Below the pieces are notes generated by a model. The model saw only the letters and a program-made list of their open reading frames with translations, was not told where the DNA came from and did no database searches. This document shows, piece after piece, positions 50,212 through 61,057 of a stretch of 64,000 nt of DNA (position 1 is its first letter; the number at the start of each line of letters is the position of its first letter). Both the position numbers and the translations under genes were made by a program. The stretch comes from Alkalispirochaeta sp. (lineage in GTDB: Bacteria; Spirochaetota; Spirochaetia; DSM-27196; Alkalispirochaetaceae), in NCBI GenBank assembly GCA_965601925.1, contig OZ271854.1:2560001-2624000 (forward strand), given 5' to 3'.

Positions 50212-52491
50212 GTGTTACGAAGAACAATACTAAGAAGCTTCATAGCAGTCGTCGTGTTCGCGCTTATCGGATGCCCGTCGCCGATGGCTCCCAACGATTC
50301 GGCGGTTCGCTCCTACGACAACGAAGCGCCGGCAGAGCCGGCGGTTTCCGAGAATTTCGTCGATTACTACAACACCGCTCCGCAGTGGTCCTGGAACTCG
50401 TCGGGTGACGGCGATAACGTCTTCCGCTATCGCCTGAACGGCGGTGAGTGGACGGTATTGGACGGCAATATCGAATCGACCACCTATGCACCCCCGGCGC
50501 TGGTCCCGGGACGCTACGTACTGGAAGTGCAAGAACGGGACAGCGCCGGCAACTGGTCGGACGCCGGTCGTTTCGAGACGCTCATTAAGGTGCGGGAGCC
50601 GGAGATCAGGTCCTATCTCAACCCCGGCGGCGCACAGCTACCGACGGTAGCGACGCCCGATATCATCACCGGACCGCCGAGCCCCCCGCAGGTGTTCAAT
50701 AGCCAGGACGGCACCCCCCATTTCGAATGGGATATTCCCGCCGGGCGCGTCCAGTACGGCGTGAACGACGAGGGCCGCACCGTAGAGTACGGCATAGTGC
50801 TCGAGCGTCGTAACGGAGATACGTTCGACACCGTAGAGGCCGTAGAACGTACCGCAAGCACCGGCTATTCGGTCGCGTCGCAGTTATCGGACGGCGAGTA
50901 TCGGTTCGGCGTGTCGACGTGGAGTACCGGGGGAGCGATCTCGGATCCGACGCAGGTTACGTTCATCGTAGATACCACCGCGCCCGGCGCACCGACCGTC
51001 GACGGCCCTTCGGTCGTATCCAACGCCGCCGCGGCTACCTCATTCACCATTACACCCAACTCAGGCGACACGGTGCAGGGTTACGACTGGCGCGTGCTTA
51101 CCGCGGGCGGCGAGGTCGCGACCGCGATCGGTGGCACGCCCCTCTCCGGCACCAACCAGCCCAGTCCGATCAATATTACCCTCTCGGCGGCGTCGTCCGG
51201 ACCCGGTAAAGGCAGCTACACCCTCGAGGTGCGGCAGCGCGACAGCGCCGGAAACGTGGGCGCCGCGGCGACCTTTGCGGTCACGGTCGAAACGATTCCT
51301 ACCATCGTCCTCGTCGGCGCGAACCCGACAAACAGCGTCACACCCCAGTTTCAAATAACGGGAAATGACGACGGCAACTTGCTGAACAATTTCCGTTGGG
51401 TCATCGACGGAGTGCCGACAGGGGCCACATTCTCGTCCCCCGGATCGATGACGGACACGTTCGTCGAAAATATTCCGTCGCAGCCCGACAGCGGCACCTA
51501 CACGATATCGGTAGCGGTACAGCAACAGCGTTCCGGCGGCGGGTTCTCCGATTCGTCGGCGGCCGTGGCGGTCACGATCGATAGAGACCCCCCCATCGCT
51601 CCTTCGATTTCCTCGCAGCCTGCATCGCCCAGCGACGGCCAGGACCTCACTATCCAGATGGCGACCGGCGAGACGGCGGGACAACTCTCATACAGCTTCA
51701 CGCTCGGAAGCGCCTCGTTGAGCGGAGTCACAACCTCGGGATCCTTGACGATCACCGGTTCTACTACCACGCTCGGGCCCTTTACGATCGACGGCGCCGC
51801 GTCTCCGTTCTCCACGATTTCGGTCGATTTTTCTACGACCGACTCCGTCGGAAACGTCGGGGCCAACACAGCGGTGTCGTTCAATGTCGATACCACGCCG
51901 CCGGCGGTGCCGACCGGTCTGGATAGCGCCGATCTCATCGGAAGCGTGCCGAATCAGGAGACGCAAGACACAACGCCCACCTTCACGTGGAACGCCGTTT
52001 CCGAGCCCAACGTGACCTACGAGTACAGTTTGGACGAAGGTGTCACCGCGTATGAGTCGACCGGTGCCTCGACGAGCGTCACCGTTCCGGCCCTCGCGTT
52101 TGGACGGTACGACTTCGTCGTGCGTGCCGTCGACGAGGTAGGGAACGCCTCGCCGCCTACTCCGCCGGTCACCTTCTACGTCGTGGAGCCGGCGACCGGC
52201 GTCATCTCCGTCACCAACCCGACCACTCCGACCTTCAATATTTCGGGGGGTGGAGCAACGCTCAGTCGCGCCGCCTCCGAGTCGTGGACCCTTTCGGTGA
52301 ACCCCGGCGCGGGCGTGACCATAAGCTCATACGAGTGGCGGATAAATGGCGATATGGTCGGTTCCGGAAGCACCCAAGGGGTCGCCGCTAATGACGCCGC
52401 GACGCAGTTGGGGGAGAACACCCTCACCTTGATCGTATGGATCGGCGGCGTTCCATACTCCGACAGTTTCTTTTTCACGGTGGTGAATTGA
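50212..52491 (+). CDS. Large surface lipoprotein with repeated Ig-like/Fn3 modules
   Basis: Lipobox LIG-C; repeated DSAGN/DSVGN/DEVGN and DTT(A/P)P motifs; start uncertain. Confidence 0.75.
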   Translation: MLRRTILRSFIAVVVFALIGCPSPMAPNDSAVRSYDNEAPAEPAVSENFVDYYNTAPQWSWNSSGDGDNVFRYRLNGGEWTVLDGNIESTTYAPPALVPGRYVLEVQERDSAGNWSDAGRFETLIKVREPEIRSYLNPGGAQLPTVATPDIITGPPSPPQVFNSQDGTPHFEWDIPAGRVQYGVNDEGRTVEYGIVLERRNGDTFDTVEAVERTASTGYSVASQLSDGEYRFGVSTWSTGGAISDPTQVTFIVDTTAPGAPTVDGPSVVSNAAAATSFTITPNSGDTVQGYDWRVLTAGGEVATAIGGTPLSGTNQPSPINITLSAASSGPGKGSYTLEVRQRDSAGNVGAAATFAVTVETIPTIVLVGANPTNSVTPQFQITGNDDGNLLNNFRWVIDGVPTGATFSSPGSMTDTFVENIPSQPDSGTYTISVAVQQQRSGGGFSDSSAAVAVTIDRDPPIAPSISSQPASPSDGQDLTIQMATGETAGQLSYSFTLGSASLSGVTTSGSLTITGSTTTLGPFTIDGAASPFSTISVDFSTTDSVGNVGANTAVSFNVDTTPPAVPTGLDSADLIGSVPNQETQDTTPTFTWNAVSEPNVTYEYSLDEGVTAYESTGASTSVTVPALAFGRYDFVVRAVDEVGNASPPTPPVTFYVVEPATGVISVTNPTTPTFNISGGGATLSRAASESWTLSVNPGAGVTISSYEWRINGDMVGSGSTQGVAANDAATQLGENTLTLIVWIGGVPYSDSFFFTVVN

Positions 52492-55400
52492 TGGTACGGA
52501 ACGAGAGAAAACGGACGATTCGCCTCGCGATACTGGTTGGAGCGATTGCGGTTCTGGCGGCGTGTATCAACCCCTTTTCGAGCAGTTCGTCGGGGGACGG
52601 TGGCGGTGAGGCGGCCGCGGGGAACGGCGGCACGCAGCTCGGTTCGCTGGTCATCAATCCCGGCGGCGGGGTCGGAGCGTCGACGGTCGCGCCCGACTTG
52701 GATCTTATCAGCCAAATCTCTACGTACAACGTCACCCTTACCAACGAGTCGCCCGGCGGTGTTGCTCCGATCACCGTCAACGGGTATGTCGTGGGCGATC
52801 CGATCAACGGTATCTTTCCCGGAACATGGGAGCTATCCGTTGCGGGGTTGAACGGGAGCGGCCAAACGATCGCAACCGGAGTTCCGACGAGCGGTAACCC
52901 GATTACCGTCACCGCCGGCGGAACGGCGAACGTAGCGGTGGAGCTTGCCCCGGCGCAGTCGGCCACCGGCGAGTTGGCCGTAACGTTGAGCTGGGGTGCG
53001 GCCTTTGCGCCCGGTATCGATGTCGACCAAGTGTCGGTCACTCTGTATTCGTATACAAACACGGTGGGCGAGACGCTTACCGCTACCGCCTCCAGCACCC
53101 AGTCGTTTACCAACTCGTTGGTGACCACCACCGGGACCGTCGATGTAAACTTCAGTGCACGGACGGTTACCGTCGGCGACACGTCTCTGAACAGCGGGTT
53201 TTACCTCCTGACCATGCAACTCTACGAAGGCACCGGAGCCGGCGCGGTAGAGTACGCTCCGGTGATCGAGGCGGTGCAGATCTACGACTATCTCCAGAGT
53301 ATCAAGTCGATTAACCTTGAGTTGGGGGATTTGACCAACGCGCCCGATGCACCGACGGGACTCGCCGCGACACTTACCGGCGACAATCAGTTTTCACTTT
53401 CGTGGACCGACTCCTCCAACACCGAAGAGGGATTCAACATCTATCTCGGGACGGTCGGGGGAGCACCGGCGGCGACGGTACCGGCCGGTACCGAGTCGGC
53501 ATCGAGCGCCTTGCTCAATTACCTCGGCGACGCCGGCAACGCGCTTACCTACTATGTGACGGCGTACAACCAATACGGCGAGTCGGCGGCGACGAGCAGA
53601 ACGTTTACGGCGATCGGCGGCGGCGGTCCGTACTTCGATACCGGTGTGCACTCCAACTCCGCGGACTGGGCGGCGCCCGGCGACCCGGGCGATCTGGTGT
53701 GGGGCGCCTTCCCGGGCGCGGAGAGTTACGTGGTGCACGTCAGCCAGTCGGCGGCGGACGTGGTTAATCTGAATGCGCCGGTGTCCGGGGCGTTAACGGG
53801 GACGTCCTTCGACCTCGCGGCCGCGGGCCCCTACGGTCCGGGAACGTATTATTGGCTTGTCGAGGCGCGCAACGACAGCACGCAAGGGTCGTTCGCCGAG
53901 CCCATGGAGAGTTTCACGATCCGCAACCGCCTGTACGTCGAGACGAGTGGGGCCAACGGCGCGCCGGGGAGTAACACCCTTCCGCTATCGAGGATTACTG
54001 AGGCGGTAAGCATAGCGGAGTCGGGCGAGACGATCCTCGTCAGTCCCGGGACGTACGACGGACAGCTTACCATCGACAAGACCCTGACGATCGAGGGGTC
54101 GACCGGGAGTCCGCCGATAATCCAGCACACCCTGGGAAGTGGTCTCCTCGCCGAAACGATCGTCCAGACCGCCGGTGACCTCGAACTCAGGGATCTCGAG
54201 GTGAGGGGCCCCGAGTTCTCCCCCCTCGAGCCGAGTAATCAGATCGGCATCGCGGTAGGCGGTACCGCACAATCGATCGCACTCGACAATGTGGACATAT
54301 TCAACACCCAAGGTGATAACGCGTACGGTGTGATCGTGGAAACCGACGCCGCCGTTACCATGCAGAGCGGTTCCATCACCGCGTTTCCTCACGCCTTGCC
54401 GGGTGACGAGGCGTTCGGTATCTACGTTGTTGCAGGCCATACGAGAAACAGCAGCATCGTGGTCAACGGTGTCAATTTTGTTATGCACGATAGCGATTAC
54501 AGGCGGCGGGCGATAGCGGTCGACGCTACGCCGGGGGCGGGTGAGCTTAGCGTCGCCGAGTTCTCCGTGTTTGACCTGGGAATCGCGGATCACAACCTCG
54601 ATCGGAGTTACGCGATCCGTTCCACCATCCCGACGACGGTTCAAGATACGATCATCCGTATGGGGGCGAGCAACGCATTCCTCTCGGCGATCGAGGTTCC
54701 GGGAGGCAGCGCGGTCCGGAACAGCCGCATCGAGATCACCGACGTGGCCGGCGTCGGGGACGAGAGCCACGTCGTGCGGATACCCCCGAGCGGCGCCGGT
54801 ATAGCCGGTATCTACAACAACGTCATGGCGGTGCGTCCCACCGGCGGCGGCAGCTTCGATTTCGTCCAGACCGACCGCCATACGGAGGTAGTACACAATA
54901 CGATGGTCGCCTACGAGGCGAACTCGGATTGGAAGGGCGTCGAGAGAATCGGGGGCGATATCATTGTCATGCGGAATAACATCGTGCAGAGTTTCTCGCC
55001 GAGCTTCGGCCAGGGATTTTTTGCCCCCGTGGCGGGCGGTATGGAGGTGCGCGGAAACGTCTTCTATCGCAACAAGAGCTTTTACTACGGCGGTGCGGTG
55101 TACTCCAACGTGCATGTGTTCAATGTCGGAACACCGAGTTCCATTGACCTGAACGTCGAGACGACGCCGATGCTCGCCTCCGGCGGCAATGTGTTGGGCA
55201 ACCCCTTCGAGTGGCTCCGCACAACGCCCCTTGCCGGGTACAACGTCGTCGCCACCGGCAGCCAGTGGGCTGCGGCGCCGGGAGATATCGACGGCGATCT
55301 GCGCTCGGCACCCACGACCGTCGGAGCCTATGAACTCACCGAGAGCGCGGGCGTGGTCGGTTTGGTTGGCGAGTGGTTGTCCGTCCAACCCACCCCCAGC

Positions 55401-56057
55401 TACGACAGTAGCGGCACGCCCGGAATCGCAGCGAACGGTCTCGGATTGTATCACTCACCGGGTATCAACGTTGTCCCCGGTCGGTACGGAAACGCGGGGG
55501 CTTTGACCGTGAATCGTGTGGTCCTCCAGAACGCCGGAAGCAGTCCCACCGCCACCACCTATCCGGAGCTCGCCACCGCCTCCAACGGCTTCTCGTTTAG
55601 TCTGTGGTTCATGGCACCGGACGCCGTCGCCCTTGCGAATGGGGGAGTTATGTACGAACATAGCGGACCGAATATGCATCTCAGTTTCGTCATGACCGGT
55701 AACGGCGCGTTCACACTCTTTCTCGACGACGGCGTCAACGGATTTGCCAGCGCGGCCTTCAGTACCTCGGCCTTGTTGTCGGCGGGACGGTGGTACCAAC
55801 TCTTTCTCGTCGGCGACGGTGCGGCGGATAGATGGAGTCTGTACATCAGCGAGGAGGGCGACCCGTTCTACGAAGAGTTGTTCCAAGTCGGTATCGCGAA
55901 CTTCGACTTCCCCACCTTTCTCGGAAGTTTGGCGGACACCCAAAACATTATCCGTTGGGGCGGAGCCGGTAGCGCCCTGCGTGTCGACGATATGCGCTAT
56001 TTCAACGTGCCGCTGACCACCGGTGAGATCGATGCGATGATTGAGCACGAGTATTGA
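52491..56057 (+). CDS. Large lipoprotein: Ig/Fn3, parallel beta-helix and C-terminal LamG-like domains
   Basis: Lipobox LAA-C; APTGL...LSWTD..NTEEGFNIY (Fn3); ITEAV...ILVSPGTY (beta-helix start); DIDGDLR...VGAYE; FSFSLW...VDDMRYFNVPLT. Confidence 0.75.
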   Translation: MVRNERKRTIRLAILVGAIAVLAACINPFSSSSSGDGGGEAAAGNGGTQLGSLVINPGGGVGASTVAPDLDLISQISTYNVTLTNESPGGVAPITVNGYVVGDPINGIFPGTWELSVAGLNGSGQTIATGVPTSGNPITVTAGGTANVAVELAPAQSATGELAVTLSWGAAFAPGIDVDQVSVTLYSYTNTVGETLTATASSTQSFTNSLVTTTGTVDVNFSARTVTVGDTSLNSGFYLLTMQLYEGTGAGAVEYAPVIEAVQIYDYLQSIKSINLELGDLTNAPDAPTGLAATLTGDNQFSLSWTDSSNTEEGFNIYLGTVGGAPAATVPAGTESASSALLNYLGDAGNALTYYVTAYNQYGESAATSRTFTAIGGGGPYFDTGVHSNSADWAAPGDPGDLVWGAFPGAESYVVHVSQSAADVVNLNAPVSGALTGTSFDLAAAGPYGPGTYYWLVEARNDSTQGSFAEPMESFTIRNRLYVETSGANGAPGSNTLPLSRITEAVSIAESGETILVSPGTYDGQLTIDKTLTIEGSTGSPPIIQHTLGSGLLAETIVQTAGDLELRDLEVRGPEFSPLEPSNQIGIAVGGTAQSIALDNVDIFNTQGDNAYGVIVETDAAVTMQSGSITAFPHALPGDEAFGIYVVAGHTRNSSIVVNGVNFVMHDSDYRRRAIAVDATPGAGELSVAEFSVFDLGIADHNLDRSYAIRSTIPTTVQDTIIRMGASNAFLSAIEVPGGSAVRNSRIEITDVAGVGDESHVVRIPPSGAGIAGIYNNVMAVRPTGGGSFDFVQTDRHTEVVHNTMVAYEANSDWKGVERIGGDIIVMRNNIVQSFSPSFGQGFFAPVAGGMEVRGNVFYRNKSFYYGGAVYSNVHVFNVGTPSSIDLNVETTPMLASGGNVLGNPFEWLRTTPLAGYNVVATGSQWAAAPGDIDGDLRSAPTTVGAYELTESAGVVGLVGEWLSVQPTPSYDSSGTPGIAANGLGLYHSPGINVVPGRYGNAGALTVNRVVLQNAGSSPTATTYPELATASNGFSFSLWFMAPDAVALANGGVMYEHSGPNMHLSFVMTGNGAFTLFLDDGVNGFASAAFSTSALLSAGRWYQLFLVGDGAADRWSLYISEEGDPFYEELFQVGIANFDFPTFLGSLADTQNIIRWGGAGSALRVDDMRYFNVPLTTGEIDAMIEHEY

Positions 56058-56218
56058 GACCGCAATGAGCCGCCGAGCCGCGGACCGCGAAGGTAGGGCT
56101 CGGCGGTTCGGGTTCCGGCACGGTCACCGTTTTCGCTCGCCCCCGGTAGCCGACGCGCCGGTGAACAAACGGTGTGGCGGAGGAGACGCTCCGCAGCCGC
56201 CGTCGCTATCTTTGTTCT

Positions 56219-57238
56219 ATGAAATATCGACTACTCGGACGCACCGGTTTGTACGTGAGCGAGCTGTGCCTCGGCACCATGACCTTCGGCGGCAAGGGAT
56301 ACTGGGAGGTAATCGGCACCCAAGGGCAGGAGACCGCCGATCGGCTCGTATCGCGGGCGATCGAAGGCGGCATCAACTTCATCGACACCGCCGATACCTA
56401 CTCCGGCGGCGAGTCGGAGACGATTCTCGGCCGCGCCCTCAAGCACCACCAACGCGAGCATCTGGTCATCGCCACCAAGGTTCGCTCGCGCATGGGGGAT
56501 GAGCCGACCAACGTCGGGCTTACGCGCCACCACATCATGAACTCGGTGGAAAACAGCTTGCGACGCCTGGATACCGACTACATCGACCTGTATCAGATTC
56601 ACGGCTACGATCCGGTCACGCCGTTGGCGGAGACGCTTCGCGCCCTGGACGATCTCGTGCGACAAGGCAAAGTACGGTACATCGGCGCCTCCAACCTCGC
56701 CGCGTGGCAGCTGGTCAAAGCGCTCGGTATCAGCGAACGGTTGTCGCTCGCGCGATTCGAATCGATCCAGAGCTACTACACGATCGCCGGGCGCGATCTG
56801 GAGCGCGACGTGATACCCGCGGTGACCGACGCCCAGGTAGGTATTATGGTGTGGAGCCCCCTCGCGGGAGGACTCTTGAGCGGCAAGTTCCGCCGCGGCG
56901 AGGAGGACCCGGAAGGAGCACGTCGTACCACCTTCGACTTTCCGCCGGTCGATCGGGAGCGCGTCTATGACATTTTGGACGTCATGGCGCCGATTGCGAA
57001 GTCCCACGACGTGTCGCCGGCACGAATCGCCCTGGCGTGGCTTCTCCACCAGAGCGCGGTGACCGCGATCGTCATCGGCGCCAAGACGATCGACCATTTG
57101 GAGGACAACCTCGCGGCGACCGACGTAACGCTCACTGCGGACGAGTTGGCCGCGTTGGACGAGGTGAGTGCCCTCGCGCCCGAGTATCCCCACTGGATGA
57201 TCCGGTACCAAGGGGAGAATCGCGCTCCGAAGCAATGA
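56219..57238 (+). CDS. Aldo/keto reductase
   Basis: LGTMTFG, FIDTADTY, IATK, DLYQIH and WSPLAGG motifs. Confidence 0.95.
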   Translation: MKYRLLGRTGLYVSELCLGTMTFGGKGYWEVIGTQGQETADRLVSRAIEGGINFIDTADTYSGGESETILGRALKHHQREHLVIATKVRSRMGDEPTNVGLTRHHIMNSVENSLRRLDTDYIDLYQIHGYDPVTPLAETLRALDDLVRQGKVRYIGASNLAAWQLVKALGISERLSLARFESIQSYYTIAGRDLERDVIPAVTDAQVGIMVWSPLAGGLLSGKFRRGEEDPEGARRTTFDFPPVDRERVYDILDVMAPIAKSHDVSPARIALAWLLHQSAVTAIVIGAKTIDHLEDNLAATDVTLTADELAALDEVSALAPEYPHWMIRYQGENRAPKQ

Positions 57239-57320
57239 CCGGCGCCGTCTTCCGCGCCGATAGACGCTCGAGTACCGCGCGTCTATCGGCGGGAGGCGGG
57301 CTCACCCCTTTCCGGCGGTG

Positions 57321-57968
57321 TTACACCTCTTCGGGATCGAGGACGGTAAACTGAACGTCGGCGAATAGCTCCTCGAGCTCCTCGGGGCCGATCGGTGCGG
57401 CGACGAGCGTATCGTGAGTGGCGTCGGCGAACGTCCCCCCGGAGACGACGACGCTGGATGCATCGCTCTGCCGGGTATAATTCACCTCACCCTCGCGGAC
57501 GCAGATCCAGTCGGTTTGGCCGGGGATGACCCGCTGCACGAAATCCGTACCCCGCACTCCCGCCACCGCCAGAGGTGTGCGGACGAAGAAGCGGTCGGAT
57601 CTCACCGACGAGACGACGGTGCGAACTTTACCGGTGTCGAGCCGAAAGCGGTGCTCGACGTGGTCGTCCGCCTCCTGCATGGACTCGACGGTGAATGTCG
57701 TATCTTCGGCGATGCGCACGATACTTCCCGACGGCTCCAACAGCAACTCGACACCGGTGTTGCCGGTGCGGATCGTCGCGTCCGGCGGCACCAGCACCCC
57801 TATGTCCGGCTCCGGTAGATCGTCGACTCTCCCCACGAGATAGAGAAGCTCCACCTCCGTCACATCGTCGGCGTACACGATCGTCGCGGTCTGCCCGAAG
57901 GCGACATTCGGGACGACGGTACACAACACGGCGGTGACAACCACGGCCGTCAACGTAGTTTTTCTCAT
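57321..57968 (-). CDS. Secreted FecR-domain protein
   Basis: Signal peptide; IRTG, GSIVRI and TPLAVAGVRGTDF motifs. Confidence 0.85.
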   Translation of the reverse strand: MRKTTLTAVVVTAVLCTVVPNVAFGQTATIVYADDVTEVELLYLVGRVDDLPEPDIGVLVPPDATIRTGNTGVELLLEPSGSIVRIAEDTTFTVESMQEADDHVEHRFRLDTGKVRTVVSSVRSDRFFVRTPLAVAGVRGTDFVQRVIPGQTDWICVREGEVNYTRQSDASSVVVSGGTFADATHDTLVAAPIGPEELEELFADVQFTVLDPEEV

Positions 57969-58142
57969 GACACATATCCCCCCTATCGGTATCGGCCGGA
58001 GCGACGCGAAGCGGCGCATCGCAGCCGTGTCTACTATACCGCAGAGTCGATCTTTTATCCGCCGGACCGCACGGTATCGGGAGACGACGGTGTGAGGCAT
58101 TGTTTATTTGCCCGCCGACGGCGAAGGCGTTATTTTGCGTCC

Positions 58143-58877
58143 ATGATTTCCGGTGAAACGAAACGGATTACCGCCGCGCCTGCGGTCGGTGGCAACGGTT
58201 CCGAGAGACGGCGACTCTTCGGCCCCGCGATGATTACGGCGCTCAGTCTTGTGCTCCTCCTCGCCTCGGCGGGCGTGTCGGCAGAGGAGTCCGAAGAGTG
58301 GCTTCTGCGACGCGACGAGGACGGAATCCGCGTCTACGTGCGGTCGGTTCCCGACACGCGCTTTCGCGCCTATCGTGCCGAGATGACCGTCACCACGCGT
58401 ATGCAAACGCTGGCGGCGATCCTCACCGACATAGATGCCGCGAGAGAGTGGATCCATTTTACCGCCGAAGCGGAGCTCGTCCAAGCGATCGACCCCACGA
58501 CGGTCGTCGTACGCTTCTACAGCGATCTGCCGTGGCCGGCCGCGGACCGCGATTCGGTCACGCTCAATCGCGTATCGCAAGACCCCGAGACGCGGGCGGT
58601 GCGTTTCACCATCGATTCGCGCCCCGACGACGCGCCGCAGTCCGAGGATTACATACGAATCCGGGTCATGAACGGATATTGGGAGCTGACCCCCAACGGA
58701 GACGGTTCGATCCACATCGTCTATTCGCTGAGTAGCGACCCCGGCGGGTCGGTTCCGGCGTGGTTGGTCAACGCCAGCATCGTCGAGCAGCCCTACCGTA
58801 CCCTACGCAATCTGCGCCGGATGATAGCCGATCCGCGCTACCGCGATGCAACCTTCCCGGGCATTGTAGAGCCGTAG
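58143..58877 (+). CDS. START-domain lipid-binding protein, exported
   Basis: W..RRDEDGIRVY, LPWPAADRD and DPGGSVPAWLVN motifs. Confidence 0.88.
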   Translation: MISGETKRITAAPAVGGNGSERRRLFGPAMITALSLVLLLASAGVSAEESEEWLLRRDEDGIRVYVRSVPDTRFRAYRAEMTVTTRMQTLAAILTDIDAAREWIHFTAEAELVQAIDPTTVVVRFYSDLPWPAADRDSVTLNRVSQDPETRAVRFTIDSRPDDAPQSEDYIRIRVMNGYWELTPNGDGSIHIVYSLSSDPGGSVPAWLVNASIVEQPYRTLRNLRRMIADPRYRDATFPGIVEP

Positions 58878-58892
58878 CGAACGCGCGCGCTA

Positions 58893-60254
58893 CTACGAGG
58901 CGGGCGCGTCGCGACGTTCCTCCTGCAGGAGTCCGGCCAGTAGAAACGCCGTTTCCATGCTCTGCGTGTAGTTGAGCCGGGGGTCGCACCAACTCTCGTA
59001 GTTTCGGTGCAAGTCGTCGTCGTCGAGCTGCACCGCGCCCCCCGTGCACTCGGTCACCTCGTCGCCGGTAAGTTCGAAGTGGACTCCGCCGACCCGCGAA
59101 CCTTCGGCGCGATGAACGGCAAACGTGCTCCGCAGCTCGGAGAGAATTGCGTCGAACCGCCGCGTCTTCCGACCCGTCGCCGTCGCTACGGTGTTGCCGT
59201 GCATGGGGTCGACCGACCACACCACCGGATGGCCCGCTTTCCGCACCGTCCGAATGAACGGTGGGAGCGCATCCTCCACCCGATCCCGCCCGAGCCGCGT
59301 AATGAGTGTGATGCGTCCCTCCTCGCGATGCGGGTCGAGCGCATCGAGGAGCGATATAAGCTCTTCCGGCGTTCTCTCCGGCGGCACTTTGATGCCGATC
59401 GGGTTGGCGATGCCCCGCAGGTACGCGACGTGCGCCCCGTCGAGCTGGCTCGTGCGCGCTCCCAACCACACGGTATGGGCACTCACATTGTATTGCAGCG
59501 CAGAGCCCGGCTCAGTGCGGGTAAAGGCGTCCTCCCACGGCAGGTGGAGCGCCTCATGGGACGTGTAAAAGCTGACATTTCCGAGCCGTTCCTCATTGAC
59601 GCCGCCGAAACTCTCCATGAAGTGGATCGCGTCGAGAATGCGATCCACCACATCGCGGTATTCGCCCCACTCCCGCGCGCCTCCCATAGAGGCGAGGCGC
59701 CACGCCCCGGGGTGGTGAAGGTCGGCGAATCCGCCGGCGATCATAGCGCGAATGTAGTTGAGCGTGCTCGCGGCATGGAAGTATCCCTCCACGAGGCGCT
59801 CGGGGTCGGGATCGCGGCCGCGGCCGGTCGACGCCCGAGAGGGGCGAAACTCATGCACCGGATCGCCGCGGTAGGTCAGCACCTCCGCCCCGTCGAGCAT
59901 CTCCGTCGCCGTCGAACGCGGCTTGAAGTACTGGCCGGCCATGCGTCCGACGCGCAACACCGGCGTACGCGCGCCCCACGTGAGGACGACGCTCATTTGG
60001 AGGAGAATTTTCAATCGATCGGCGATTCGCCCGGGACGGCAGTCGGCAAATCGTTCGACGCAGTCGCCGCCGTGGAGTACGAACATCTCGCCTCGGGCCG
60101 CCTTTGCAAGGGAGCGTCGCAGCTCGTCGATCTCGCCGGGAAAGACGAGAGGCGGGTACTCTCTGAGGCGCGCCAAGACCGACCGCAATTCGGCGGTGTC
60201 TCGGTAGGGAATCGAATGCGCGGCGGGGCGGTCGGCCCAACTGGTACGATGCAT
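58893..60254 (-). CDS. Class II DAHP synthase
   Basis: PPLVF, GGDC.E.F, GRMAGQYFKPRS, YTSHEAL, DPMHGNT, GVHFELTG and CDPRLN motifs. Confidence 0.95.
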   Translation of the reverse strand: MHRTSWADRPAAHSIPYRDTAELRSVLARLREYPPLVFPGEIDELRRSLAKAARGEMFVLHGGDCVERFADCRPGRIADRLKILLQMSVVLTWGARTPVLRVGRMAGQYFKPRSTATEMLDGAEVLTYRGDPVHEFRPSRASTGRGRDPDPERLVEGYFHAASTLNYIRAMIAGGFADLHHPGAWRLASMGGAREWGEYRDVVDRILDAIHFMESFGGVNEERLGNVSFYTSHEALHLPWEDAFTRTEPGSALQYNVSAHTVWLGARTSQLDGAHVAYLRGIANPIGIKVPPERTPEELISLLDALDPHREEGRITLITRLGRDRVEDALPPFIRTVRKAGHPVVWSVDPMHGNTVATATGRKTRRFDAILSELRSTFAVHRAEGSRVGGVHFELTGDEVTECTGGAVQLDDDDLHRNYESWCDPRLNYTQSMETAFLLAGLLQEERRDAPAS

Positions 60255-60340
60255 GGCGATGAGTCTACAACGCGGGCCCTATCCCTGCGAAGCGACCACG
60301 GCCCTTGTCGGCACGCTCTCATGCTCTTAGTTTTATATAC

Positions 60341-60967
60341 ATGGAACAATTTCCGCTCAGCGAAGCGAAGTGGCTTGAAGGGCTTGCGCCCGCCGACTAT
60401 TTCGGGTCCCTCGCAAACTATCGAAATTTGGTACTGAGTCTCTACCGCGATGTATCCGTCGCCGAGAGCGAAACTCGGCTTTTTGCCTCCGCACTTCCCG
60501 CCTCACCGGACGAGTTTCGTATCGTCGTCGTGACCGAGGACTGGTGCGGCGACAGCGCGGTAACGCTCCCGTATATCGCACGGCTCGCAGACTCGGTCGG
60601 AGTGCCGATGCGCATCTTTCGGCAGAGCGTTCACGAAGATCTGAAGGGCTGGTATACGGATCGCGATACGACGCACATTCCCGCACTATCGGTGTTGCAG
60701 CACATAAGCGGCGAATGGCGGGAGCTGCTGCGGTGGGTCGAGCGTCCCCGCTCGGCGCATGCGCGCTTCGACGCGTGGACCGGAGAACATCCTCGCTTTG
60801 AGGACCTACGGGCGCGGAAGGATGAAGACCGCGCAGCGGCGAAAGAGTACTTCAATCTCTATGCGCGTTTGCTGCGCGAGAGCGCCGGTTGGTATCGGTC
60901 GGGTCTGTGGATCGAGATCGCGCGGGAACTCTCCGAGGGGCTCGTCGAGAGCGTCGCGAAACGGTAG
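60341..60967 (+). CDS. Thioredoxin-like protein (WCGD type)
   Basis: VVTEDWCGDS, IP and WVERP motifs. Confidence 0.75.
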   Translation: MEQFPLSEAKWLEGLAPADYFGSLANYRNLVLSLYRDVSVAESETRLFASALPASPDEFRIVVVTEDWCGDSAVTLPYIARLADSVGVPMRIFRQSVHEDLKGWYTDRDTTHIPALSVLQHISGEWRELLRWVERPRSAHARFDAWTGEHPRFEDLRARKDEDRAAAKEYFNLYARLLRESAGWYRSGLWIEIARELSEGLVESVAKR

Positions 60968-61057
60968 GACGCCGTATCGGTAGCGCAGTACCGGTCCCGT
61001 CGTCCGATAGGCGGGCCGGTTCTGCGGACGCGATCGCCTTTGGCTCTACGCCGCTGG

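Noticed and set aside
59007..60437. Long antisense ORFs (also 3766-4914, 41359-42660, 53985-55454, 62756-63997)
   Set aside because: Shadows of well-supported genes caused by GC-rich codon bias; no motifs
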